The notes: generated by a model not told the origin, from the sequence alone. Shown: positions 38,440 through 46,247, counted from the stretch's first letter. The stretch is DNA of 64,000 bases from an uncultured Gammaproteobacteria bacterium (GCA_964641255.1 CAZXMM010000001.1:873890-937889), one strand, 5' to 3'. A program made the numbers and translations.

Positions 38440-39938
38440 TAAATCGAGATAAACTTATCTGGATTTATCTTCTCTAAAAAGTAACGATCGTGAGTAATTA
38501 CTAAAAACGTCCCTGTGTATGAGTCGATAGCCGCCTCTAAAGCCTCACGAGAAGGAATATCTAGATGATTAGTGGGCTCATCAAGAATAATAAAATTTGC
38601 TCCCGATGCCATGATCTTAAGAAGAGCTAGACGGGACTTTTGACCACTACTTAAATCATTAACAGGTGTTCTTAGGTTCTCGTCGCTATAGAGAAACCTA
38701 TGGGCAAACTTGTAAGCTGTAGTTCTATCTTGAGTAATATTTTCTTCCAAATAATTAAGCAAGATATCGCTGCTTTTCATCTCAGAATGTTCTTGTGGCA
38801 AATACCCAATTTCTACATTGTTCCCTATTTCAATACTCCCAATGTCTGGGGTGACTTTTCCCAAAACCAAATTAATAAGCGTTGTCTTTCCCGACCCATT
38901 TGATCCCAAAAGTGCTACTTTTTCGCCCCTCTCAATAAGCAAATTAAAGTTATCAAAAAGTTTTGCTTCGCCCAGTGTCTTTGATAGTCCCTTTATATAC
39001 AGGACGGTTTTGCCTGTCTCCGTTTTAGGTTTAAATATTGCTGACAAAGCCACATCATCCTTCGGTCGCTCTAACATTTCCGTTTTTTCAAGTCGTGTTT
39101 CCAGTCCTTGAGCAACGCGGGCGTATTTCCTGGAGGCACGATTCATAAAGAATGTGGAGGCAAACTTATCCTTGTCGCGGGTTGGACGATCACTCTTTTC
39201 CAAGCGTTGAATGCGCTCTTTCTTTTCGACAATCTCCCTTTCTAGTCTTTTGACCGTTTTCTGTTGCTCATCATATTGTCGGATTTTAGCATCCTTCTCA
39301 ATTTGCTTTTGTTCTCGGTAGAAAGAGTAGTTGCCTCCATACAGTTTCGTTTTCCCATCTTCAAGCTCGACTACTTTGTCAACCAAATTATCCAAAAACT
39401 TCCGATCATGAGAGATTACCAGCGCTGACCCATCATAATTTTTGAGATAGGTTTCTAGCCACTGCAACGCCGCTAGATCAAGATGATTAGTCGGTTCATC
39501 CAACAATAGGAAATCGGGGGTCTTTATCAGCAGTCTGGCCAGATATACTTTTGTTCTTTGACCACTGGAAAGCTCACTCATCTGCCTGTAAGCCACTTCA
39601 CTCAATCCTACCTCTGCCAGTGCAACATCCACCTCATATTCATTCCCCTGATCGATTTCCAAGCAATTGACCAGGAATTCGTGAACTGATTCATCAGTAA
39701 AGATCTCAGGCGCTTGAGGCACATAGCCTACAGTGGCGTCTTTAGGAACAAATTGAATACTTCCCGAGTCGGTCTTCTCCAAGCCAGCAATAATCTTCAG
39801 GAGTGTAGTCTTGCCACTCCCGTTGGCTCCAATTAACCCCACAATTTCCCCTTCTCCTATTGAAAAAGAGATTTCATTTAGGACAACGTGCCCTGCATAT
39901 TCCTTGGTGATCGAATTTAGTATTAAGTTCATGTCCAT
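38439..39938 (-). CDS. ABC-F ATPase, possible ribosomal protection protein (cassette 2)
   Basis: Two ABC domains (GANGSGKT/LSSGQ/LLDEPTNHLD twice), long linker, no TM; GGAGG SD. Confidence 0.92.
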   Translation of the reverse strand: MDMNLILNSITKEYAGHVVLNEISFSIGEGEIVGLIGANGSGKTTLLKIIAGLEKTDSGSIQFVPKDATVGYVPQAPEIFTDESVHEFLVNCLEIDQGNEYEVDVALAEVGLSEVAYRQMSELSSGQRTKVYLARLLIKTPDFLLLDEPTNHLDLAALQWLETYLKNYDGSALVISHDRKFLDNLVDKVVELEDGKTKLYGGNYSFYREQKQIEKDAKIRQYDEQQKTVKRLEREIVEKKERIQRLEKSDRPTRDKDKFASTFFMNRASRKYARVAQGLETRLEKTEMLERPKDDVALSAIFKPKTETGKTVLYIKGLSKTLGEAKLFDNFNLLIERGEKVALLGSNGSGKTTLINLVLGKVTPDIGSIEIGNNVEIGYLPQEHSEMKSSDILLNYLEENITQDRTTAYKFAHRFLYSDENLRTPVNDLSSGQKSRLALLKIMASGANFIILDEPTNHLDIPSREALEAAIDSYTGTFLVITHDRYFLEKINPDKFISI

Positions 39939-39974
39939 ACCTCCAGCTTTACATAACTACCTCGTTTAGACAAC

Positions 39975-40000
39975 AAAAAACCAGCCTTCGTGACTGGTTT
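39975..40000 (-). terminator. Intrinsic terminator/attenuator upstream of ABC-F
   Basis: Minus strand AAACCAGTCACGAAGGCTGGTTTTTT: stem-loop plus U tract between leader ORF and ABC-F. Confidence 0.7.
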
Positions 40001-40064
40001 AAATTTCTATTTCTAATTTACTTGTTAATTCACTAACACAAAAACCCAGCCGCTTGGCGGTTCC

Positions 40065-40103
40065 TTAGGCTTGTAGCCTATATGTGTCAGTGCTCTTTGT
40101 CAT
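40065..40103 (-). CDS. Putative leader peptide MTKSTDTYRLQA
   Basis: ATG 9 nt after TATAAT (40113-40118, minus); followed by hairpins and terminator before ABC-F. Confidence 0.55.
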   Translation of the reverse strand: MTKSTDTYRLQA

Positions 40104-40136
40104 ACTATGGGTATTATAGCATATTGGCGGTTTTGT

Positions 40137-40215
40137 GCGTAATAAGTTCGAATCCTTCGACGAGCTCAGGACAAGTTCCTTCTGCCCAGGGCTGCCACAT
40201 ATTGCCAAGACAGTC
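40137..40215 (+). repeat. Cassette-boundary repeat R2 with REP-like insertion (40154-40176)
   Basis: GCGTAATAAGTTCGAAT[CCTTCGACGAGCTCAGGACAAGT]TCCTTCTGCCCAGGGCTGCCACATATTGCCAAGACAGTC. Confidence 0.9.
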
Positions 40216-40266
40216 TAAACTCATTATATTCCCTACCTTCTCTTAAAGATCTATAATAAACCGGTA

Positions 40267-40746
40267 ATGGAAGTAATTATTCGCCCCGTAAAACTATCTG
40301 ACTCCGAAGATATTGCTAATTACCTTTTTACCCAGGCCAAGGAAGAAGACATTAAAAAGAATCTGCAGGATGACATTCAAAAAATGGATCAGGGAAAACT
40401 TTTAAGAATTGTTGCAGAGATAGACGGAAAAGTAATTGGGCAATGCGACTTCAGGAGGCCTTCATCTGCTACCAAACAACACATAATTGATATAACTGGC
40501 CTTGTAGTAAATTCTCAGTATCAAGGTAAACGCGTTAGCTCGAAATTAATGGAATATGGATTCAATTGGGCTAAAGAACGTGGCATAACTATTGCCACAA
40601 TCTTCGTGAGAAAAGGCACAAAGGCAGAAGACATTTACCTTCACCAAGGGTTTGCGATTTATGGAGAATTAAAAGACGGCATTAAAGAAACCTGGGGAGA
40701 AGAAAAGATTTACGATGAGATCTTCCTCGCAAAAAGACTTGTATAG
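40267..40746 (+). CDS. GNAT acetyltransferase (cassette 3)
   Basis: LVVNSQYQGKRVSSKLM motif A, Y...GF motif B. Confidence 0.9.
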   Translation: MEVIIRPVKLSDSEDIANYLFTQAKEEDIKKNLQDDIQKMDQGKLLRIVAEIDGKVIGQCDFRRPSSATKQHIIDITGLVVNSQYQGKRVSSKLMEYGFNWAKERGITIATIFVRKGTKAEDIYLHQGFAIYGELKDGIKETWGEEKIYDEIFLAKRLV

Positions 40747-40761
40747 CCCTCTTCAATTTGA

Positions 40762-40797
40762 GCATAAAAAGTTCGAATATCTTCTGCCCAGGGCTGC
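40762..40797 (+). repeat. Cassette-boundary repeat R3
   Basis: GCATAAAAAGTTCGAATATCTTCTGCCCAGGGCTGC. Confidence 0.92.
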
Positions 40798-40833
40798 CAA
40801 CATTACTACGCTTCAAAATGATATAATTAGGGC

Positions 40834-41037
40834 ATGTACAACTGGAATATTGACACCTCAAAATGGAACAAAAAAAGCTCCATGTATAAAGTTTGGCGGC
40901 TCGAACAGCTAATCAACTTTGGCCTTAACAAAGAGAAGATTGGTCTCACTGAGATAAAAAAGTATTGGTCTAGATTAACTCTAGATCCACAACGAAAAGC
41001 GTTTATGAAACTTATTCTATGGCCAAATCAATCTTAA
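40834..41037 (+). CDS. Small partner protein of AbiEii-like nucleotidyltransferase (cassette 4)
   Basis: MYNWNID...WRLEQLINFGL; overlaps the downstream gene. Confidence 0.7.
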   Translation: MYNWNIDTSKWNKKSSMYKVWRLEQLINFGLNKEKIGLTEIKKYWSRLTLDPQRKAFMKLILWPNQS

Positions 41038-41678
41038 CGGAAACTCAGACTAAGATTCTTAATTTTCTCTCCAATAAATCCTTCTTTCAAGATAACTTTT
41101 ACCTGACGGGAGGAACAGCCCTTGCCGAATTTTATTTACACCATCGTCTTTCCGAAGATTTAGATTTCTTTAGTGAACTAGAAATCGACAAATTTTCCTT
41201 AACCTCTCTTGCGAAGGAAATCTCGATGGTAATCGGGGCTGAAACTCAAGATGTTCAAGAAAGTTATAATCGTAATTTGGTCTATTTTAATATAAAAAGG
41301 GGGGTTCTGAAGACTGAATTTACTTATTTTCCTTTTCCTTCCGTAGAAAAACCAAAGAAGGTATCAGGAATTGCCATTGATTCCTTAACGGATATTGCTA
41401 CGAATAAATTTTTCACTATTTATCAAAAACCTTCAGCTCGGCACTTTATTGATCTTTATCTTATTCTTACGACTAAAAACTATACCTGGGCGCAACTGGA
41501 AAAGCTTGCGCGAATTAAGTTTGACACAATCATTGATCCAATTCAGCTGGGTAGTAAACTTATTAAGTCGGCAACAATTTCCGATCTTCCCCGTATGCTT
41601 ATTAAGCTTCCAGAGGATAAGTGGCGAAATTATTTTATGGAAAAGGCCCAAGAACTGAAAGATCAAGTGATAAAGTAG
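41019..41678 (+). CDS. AbiEii/AbiGii-family nucleotidyltransferase (type IV TA-like, cassette 4)
   Basis: FYLTGGTAL...HRLSEDLDFF, K, DLY motifs. Confidence 0.88.
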   Translation: MAKSILTETQTKILNFLSNKSFFQDNFYLTGGTALAEFYLHHRLSEDLDFFSELEIDKFSLTSLAKEISMVIGAETQDVQESYNRNLVYFNIKRGVLKTEFTYFPFPSVEKPKKVSGIAIDSLTDIATNKFFTIYQKPSARHFIDLYLILTTKNYTWAQLEKLARIKFDTIIDPIQLGSKLIKSATISDLPRMLIKLPEDKWRNYFMEKAQELKDQVIK

Positions 41679-41737
41679 GTTCTAACATGGTTCACCAGGC
41701 CCTGCCGATTATATATAGGCTACTCTGACAATCTAAA
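41668..41737 (+). repeat. Degenerate cassette-boundary repeat R4
   Basis: TAAAGTAGGTTCTAACATGGTTCACCAGGCCCTGCC...GACAATCTAAA; keeps GTTC, CCAGG, CTGC and the right-arm end. Confidence 0.5.
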
Positions 41738-41771
41738 CTCCTCTGATATAATCAGACATTGAGTTGCTTAT

Positions 41772-42464
41772 ATGAATTACACCTGTATCCTTCCTGTTTA
41801 TAATGAAGCTCCTAGAGTCGGTGGTGTATTAAAAGCTGTGACGCAGATAAAGGAAATATCGGAAATAATTTGCGTAGACGGGGGCTCTACAGATGAATCA
41901 ATAAAGGTCATCGAGAGAGACTTCCCCACCGTCACTCTAATAAAACATAAGACTAAAGAAGGTAAGGCTAAAGCCGTCACTTCAGGACTTCGAGCTGCTA
42001 AAGAACAAGCAATTATTTTACTAGACTCAGACATGCTGGGTGTGAAGCCAGAAGAACTCGTGCGTGCTATCAAGGTTTTCGAAGAACGCCAACTTGATTG
42101 TCTGATCTTAAGTAAGTCTCCCATGAATGCTGTCGATGCTTTACAAAGGAAATTATGGGGAGCATTACTCCTTTCTCAGGCAGGTGAAAGGATAATTAAA
42201 AAGCGATATTTAGAGGAAGCATTGGAATCTTCCGGAGCAAATGGATACCAATTAGAGATTGCTCAAAACAAGTATTTAATTGATAAAAATAAGAACACAG
42301 CATTTATGGATATTTCCGCGAGAAATGTTGGTAAAGCAAAAAAATTGGGTTTGTGGGCAGGTGTTATTAAGGAAATTAGTATGTGGAAACAAGTAATTGA
42401 TTACGCTGGACTTCCCTTTTTAATCAAACAATCGTTTTTCTTCACTAAGCAAAAGGTTTCCTAA
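41772..42464 (+). CDS. Glycosyltransferase family 2 (cassette 5)
   Basis: ILPVYNE, VDGGSTD, GKAKAV, LDSD. Confidence 0.9.
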   Translation: MNYTCILPVYNEAPRVGGVLKAVTQIKEISEIICVDGGSTDESIKVIERDFPTVTLIKHKTKEGKAKAVTSGLRAAKEQAIILLDSDMLGVKPEELVRAIKVFEERQLDCLILSKSPMNAVDALQRKLWGALLLSQAGERIIKKRYLEEALESSGANGYQLEIAQNKYLIDKNKNTAFMDISARNVGKAKKLGLWAGVIKEISMWKQVIDYAGLPFLIKQSFFFTKQKVS

Positions 42465-42491
42465 TCAGAAGTCAGTAACCGAGTATTTTGT

Positions 42492-42546
42492 GCATAAAAG
42501 GTTCGAATGTCGTCTGCCCAGGGCTGCTAAATTGTTTTAGACAGCC
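42492..42546 (+). repeat. Cassette-boundary repeat R5
   Basis: GCATAAAAGGTTCGAATGTCGTCTGCCCAGGGCTGCTAAATTGTTTTAGACAGC. Confidence 0.92.
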
Positions 42547-42602
42547 ACAACAACCTGAACTATTTGCACTTCCCTAGTCTCTCAATAGATTTATAATTAA
42601 GT

Positions 42603-43082
42603 ATGGAAATAATTATTCGCCCAATAAGAATCTCTGACTCAGCAGATATTCACAAGTATTTGTTCATTCAAGCTCAGGAAGATGCGATCAAAAAAAATAT
42701 AGAAGCAGATCTTGAAAAGATGGACCAAGGGAAACTTTTGAGAATAGTTGCCGAGGCAGATGGAAAAGTGATTGGTCAATGTGACTTTAGGCGGGCATCA
42801 TCAGCCACTAAACAACATCTCGTCGACGTTACTGGTTTGGTTGTAAACTCCAAGTATCAAGGTCAAGGAATTAGCTCTCAGCTACTGGGGTATGGATTTA
42901 GCTGGGCAAAACAGCACGGAATGACGATAGCCACAATATCTGTGAGAAAAGGGACGAAGGCAGAAGACGTTTACCTTCATCAAGGATTCACGGTTTATGG
43001 TGAACTTAAAGACGGAATTAAAGAAACCTGGGGAGACGGTAAGATTTACGATGAAATCTTCCTCGCTAAGAAGCTGGACTAA
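42603..43082 (+). CDS. GNAT acetyltransferase, paralog of 40267-40746 (cassette 6)
   Basis: Same length (159 aa), about 119/159 identical by manual alignment. Confidence 0.9.
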   Translation: MEIIIRPIRISDSADIHKYLFIQAQEDAIKKNIEADLEKMDQGKLLRIVAEADGKVIGQCDFRRASSATKQHLVDVTGLVVNSKYQGQGISSQLLGYGFSWAKQHGMTIATISVRKGTKAEDVYLHQGFTVYGELKDGIKETWGDGKIYDEIFLAKKLD

Positions 43083-43098
43083 CAATCTTCAGATTTGT

Positions 43099-43166
43099 GC
43101 GCAATTAGTTCAAATTCCTTCTCCATAAAAATTCTTCGAATTTTCAGGATAAATGCCCAGGGTTGC
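43099..43166 (+). repeat. Cassette-boundary repeat R6 with internal insertion
   Basis: GCGCAATTAGTTCAAATTCCTTC[TCCATAAAAATTCTTCGAATTTTCAGGATAAA]TGCCCAGGGTTGC. Confidence 0.8.
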
Positions 43167-43263
43167 TGAGGAAATTTAGCTTCAAAATTCACCAAAAATC
43201 AGCGATGGTTGGATGTAAATTCAAACCTAAACTCGCCCTTCTATAGTCCGAAAACTTACCACC

Positions 43264-43728
43264 TTATCGTATCATTCTCTCATATGCCACTCGACTTTGA
43301 TCCTCCCATGATGGCCCACTAAACTTAAAACCATTTTTCTCTGCAATTTTTCTCGAAGCGACATTATCACTCGACGTAATAATTACCAATTTATTAAGTT
43401 CGGTGTCGTTTTTTGCGTGTTCTACTAGCAATTGTAAAGACAAACCACCTACCCCTTTACCCCTCACTTCAGGATCGAAAATATGATAACCAATCAACGC
43501 CTCTTTCTTATTTATATCTATATCATGCAGGAATATTTCACCCACAAGTTTGCCTCGATAGAATATTCCAAAATAATCAACCGAGAGATCCACATTGGCC
43601 TTATTTCTCCACTTCTCCCAGTCCAAATCAGTATTATTGACAGGGTTGGCCAATTTGACCTTATCGATATCGACCCTCTTCAAAGTCACCTCTCCACTAG
43701 TAATTTCGGATTTGTTGCCAGCAGACAT
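43264..43728 (-). CDS. GNAT acetyltransferase, RimJ/RimL type (cassette 7)
   Basis: IGYHI.PEVRGKGVG, NVASRKIAEKNGF. Confidence 0.88.
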   Translation of the reverse strand: MSAGNKSEITSGEVTLKRVDIDKVKLANPVNNTDLDWEKWRNKANVDLSVDYFGIFYRGKLVGEIFLHDIDINKKEALIGYHIFDPEVRGKGVGGLSLQLLVEHAKNDTELNKLVIITSSDNVASRKIAEKNGFKFSGPSWEDQSRVAYERMIR

Positions 43729-43757
43729 TCCTAAAGTTTACCAGACTTTAAATTTGA

Positions 43758-43791
43758 CCGTAAAAAGTTCGAATACCTTCTGCCCAGGGCT
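43758..43791 (+). repeat. Cassette-boundary repeat R7
   Basis: CCGTAAAAAGTTCGAATACCTTCTGCCCAGGGCT. Confidence 0.9.
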
Positions 43792-43872
43792 ATAAAACGT
43801 GAATTGTTATCGTTTTACGTCATTCATTCACGTGATATTGACATTTTATCGTGAATATGACATCATTTGCTC

Positions 43873-44742
43873 ATGCTTTCAAACCAAATTAAAAGCAAAA
43901 TTGGGGAACTTAAAAATGAATATGAGCACTTACGAATAGGGAAAGAGTCGCTTCTTACCCTCCTTGACGAAGCAGAAGTTCCAGAAGCGGTCTACAACTC
44001 TAACGCCATTGAAAATTCCACTCTTACCCTCGCGGAAACCGAAAAGATTCTTCTTGAAATGGAAGTGTCTAGAAAAATAAGCCTGCGTGAGGTATTTGAA
44101 GCCAAGAATCTAGCCGGAGCCATGGAATATATAAGGAATAAGGCCCAACAAACTGAACTAACCAAAGACCTTATCCTCTCTTTGCATAGTATGTTCATTG
44201 GCAATATTGATGACAAAATAGCAGGCAGGTTCAGGTCTCAGAAAGAGTTCGTTCGAGTCGGGAGCTACATCGCTACACCCCCCGAACACGTTGAAAGTCG
44301 GGTGGAATCCTTACTCATCGACTACGCCAGTGACTTACGGAGTTATCTAATTGATAGTATTACCAAATTTCATCTGGAATTCGAACTTATCCACCCTTTT
44401 ATTGATGGAAATGGTCCGATTGGACGAGTGATCATCAACTATCAATTACTCCGTAACGGACTGCCCCCTATTACCATTAGGAGTAAAGAGAAAAATGCCT
44501 ACCACCTCGGTTTTGTTGCTTACCAAGACAGTAAAAACACTACTAAAATGGAAAAAATTATCAGTTTAGCGGTAATAGAGTCTCTCCATAAAAGACTGGC
44601 CTATCTTAAAAGTCAACGAATTATTCCTCTCGTTGAGTACAGCAAGCAATTAGACAAACCCGCACCGGTTGTTCTTAACATGGCGGCCCGCCAAACTCTT
44701 CCCGCCTTCAGAGAAAAAGGTGTTTGGAAGATAGGAATCTGA
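43873..44742 (+). CDS. Fic-domain protein (cassette 8)
   Basis: YNSNAIEN inhibitory motif, HPFIDGNGPIGR Fic motif. Confidence 0.92.
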   Translation: MLSNQIKSKIGELKNEYEHLRIGKESLLTLLDEAEVPEAVYNSNAIENSTLTLAETEKILLEMEVSRKISLREVFEAKNLAGAMEYIRNKAQQTELTKDLILSLHSMFIGNIDDKIAGRFRSQKEFVRVGSYIATPPEHVESRVESLLIDYASDLRSYLIDSITKFHLEFELIHPFIDGNGPIGRVIINYQLLRNGLPPITIRSKEKNAYHLGFVAYQDSKNTTKMEKIISLAVIESLHKRLAYLKSQRIIPLVEYSKQLDKPAPVVLNMAARQTLPAFREKGVWKIGI

Positions 44743-44750
44743 AGCTGGAG

Positions 44751-44880
44751 GCATAAAAAGTTTGAATCCTTCGACTGCGCTCAGGACAAGTTGTCCTCTC
44801 CCACAAACTCGTCAGTACGCGGCATGCACTCCGTGTATGCCCGCGTGCTTTGATTAGCTGGACTTCGTGCCCAGGGCAGC
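44751..44880 (+). repeat. Cassette-boundary repeat R8 with two insertions (REP-like 44768-44790; GC-rich hairpin 44815-44848)
   Basis: GCATAAAAAGTTTGAAT[CCTTCGACTGCGCTCAGGACAAGT]..TC[...]TGCCCAGGGCAGC. Confidence 0.8.
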
Positions 44881-44891
44881 AAAGCCTGCTA

Positions 44892-44920
44892 TTGACAGAC
44901 GATATACCATCGTATATACT
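44892..44920 (+). promoter_or_regulatory. Sigma70-type promoter of TA cassette with palindromic operator
   Basis: TTGACA-17 nt-TATACT; ACGAT...ATCGT inverted repeat between the boxes. Confidence 0.75.
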
Positions 44921-44930
44921 TCAGCATACT

Positions 44931-45212
44931 ATGAATTACGCAATCGTTGCCACAAAAATAGATCCTCAGACCAAAAAACTGGCAATGGAAACCGCCCATG
45001 GCCTTGGCTTACCTCTTAGCGTAGTCATCAAAGCCTTTCTAAAACAATTTATTCGCACTAAGTCGATTACTTTCAATACTTCCGAAGAACCTAGTACGTA
45101 TCTTAAAAACGCCATCGCCCAGGCAGAAAAGAACTTAAGTAAAGGAAGCTATTCTCCAACATTCAAAACTGGTGCAGACGCCGTTGCTTGGTTGGAAAAA
45201 CAAGGTATATGA
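44931..45212 (+). CDS. RelB/DinJ-family antitoxin (cassette 9)
   Basis: KIDPQTKKLA...LGLPLSVVIKAFLKQF. Confidence 0.88.
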   Translation: MNYAIVATKIDPQTKKLAMETAHGLGLPLSVVIKAFLKQFIRTKSITFNTSEEPSTYLKNAIAQAEKNLSKGSYSPTFKTGADAVAWLEKQGI

Positions 45213-45481
45213 GAGTTGTCTATGATCCCCTTTTCCTAGCTCGACTCAAAAAGGCCAATGTCAGAATACGCAAAAGTTTCAAAGAACGCATCATAATATT
45301 TTCTAAGGATCCACTTGCACTCCAACTCAACAATCACGCGTTAAAAGATGATTACCAAGGTTACCAAAGTATTGATATTACGAGTGACTGGAGAGCAATT
45401 TACAAAGAGGCAATAATTGGAGAGGATACCGTTGCCTACTTTATTATCTTAGGAACCCACAAAGAACTATATGGTAATTGA
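45209..45481 (+). CDS. RelE/YafQ-family mRNA interferase toxin (cassette 9)
   Basis: LNNHALK, SIDITSDWRAIY, LGTHKELY; ATGA overlap with antitoxin. Confidence 0.9.
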   Translation: MRVVYDPLFLARLKKANVRIRKSFKERIIIFSKDPLALQLNNHALKDDYQGYQSIDITSDWRAIYKEAIIGEDTVAYFIILGTHKELYGN

Positions 45482-45485
45482 CCAG

Positions 45486-45576
45486 GCGTAAAAAGTTCAA
45501 ATCCTTCGATCCCCTAATTGGCGAACTCAGGACAAGTTTCTTCTGTCCAGGGCTGCCGCGGATTACTAGGACAATC
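45486..45576 (+). repeat. Cassette-boundary repeat R9 with REP-like insertion
   Basis: GCGTAAAAAGTTCAAAT[CCTTCGATCCCCTAATTGGCGAACTCAGGACAAGT]TTCTTCTGTCCAGGGCTGCCGCGGATTACTAGGACAATC. Confidence 0.88.
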
Positions 45577-45612
45577 AACTTATAGATTGTGCATTTGCTA
45601 TACTTTTCCCAC

Positions 45613-46212
45613 ATGGATTCCCTGCTTACAATTAAAGTCATCGCTTCGGCTGCAGCTACTGGCATCGCACTTATCGCTTATATTCCCTACCTCATCGATA
45701 TGTTTAAAGGGAGGAATAAGCCGCATCTTTATACGTGGATCAGTATTTTTCTTGTAACTGCAGTCGTTAGCTACCTTCAACTTATTGGCGGAGCAGGTGT
45801 AGGAGCGATTCCAACAATAATAGGCGTTATTGTCGATGGGATTATTTTATTTTACTGCTTTAAATATGGAACTAAGGACATCGTCTTCATGGATAAGATA
45901 TGCCTCTTCATCTCGGTGGTGGGGGTTATGGCCTACGCAGCTTTGCATACAATGCCCATTGTTTCATTAGCAATTGTCACGGCGGCGGAAATTATCTCGT
46001 TTATCCCTACATTTAGAAAAACGAGAAATGATCCATATTCTGAATCATTAACCAGTTATTACCTAATATTACTTAAACTTACCCTAATACTGATTGCTCT
46101 ACAAACTTACAATCTTCTTACTGCCTCCTACTCGATTCTTTGGATTAGTGTATTTGTCGTATTTCTTACCTGCACTTATCGCTGGCGAGCCACCAAAAGG
46201 CAATCTGCTTAG
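45613..46212 (+). CDS. Multi-pass membrane protein (cassette 10)
   Basis: YIPYL....G..KPH..TW, FIPTFRK...P.SE; about seven TM segments. Confidence 0.75.
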   Translation: MDSLLTIKVIASAAATGIALIAYIPYLIDMFKGRNKPHLYTWISIFLVTAVVSYLQLIGGAGVGAIPTIIGVIVDGIILFYCFKYGTKDIVFMDKICLFISVVGVMAYAALHTMPIVSLAIVTAAEIISFIPTFRKTRNDPYSESLTSYYLILLKLTLILIALQTYNLLTASYSILWISVFVVFLTCTYRWRATKRQSA

Positions 46213-46244
46213 AAAAATATGTCAAATACCTTTTGCCCAGCACT
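46207..46244 (+). repeat. Terminal degenerate repeat R10
   Basis: GCTTAGAAAAATATGTCAAATACCTTTTGCCCAGCACT; keeps AAT-ACCT-T.TGCCCAG. Confidence 0.6.
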
Positions 46245-46247
46245 GTA

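Larger units (their letters stand above)
37704..46244. mobile_element. tRNA-Trp-anchored, repeat-delimited gene-cassette array (integron-like)
   Basis: Ten modules each bounded by the same repeat family; right arm of the repeat fused to the tRNA 3' end; accessory cargo; looks AT-richer than core genes by eye. Confidence 0.8.

Noticed and set aside
38384-45576. Repeats as tRNA genes or duplicated tRNA-Trp 3' ends
   Set aside because: They contain a T-loop-like GTTCGAAT but no T-stem or cloverleaf, and the left arm does not match the tRNA-Trp sequence.
38384-46244. CRISPR array
   Set aside because: Repeats are separated by 0.6-1.7 kb of whole genes rather than ~30-40 nt spacers, are degenerate, and no cas genes are present.
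38384-46244. Classical integron (attC sites)
   Set aside because: No RYYYAAC...GTTRRRY imperfect palindrome, no intI, and cassettes occur in both orientations with their own promoters.
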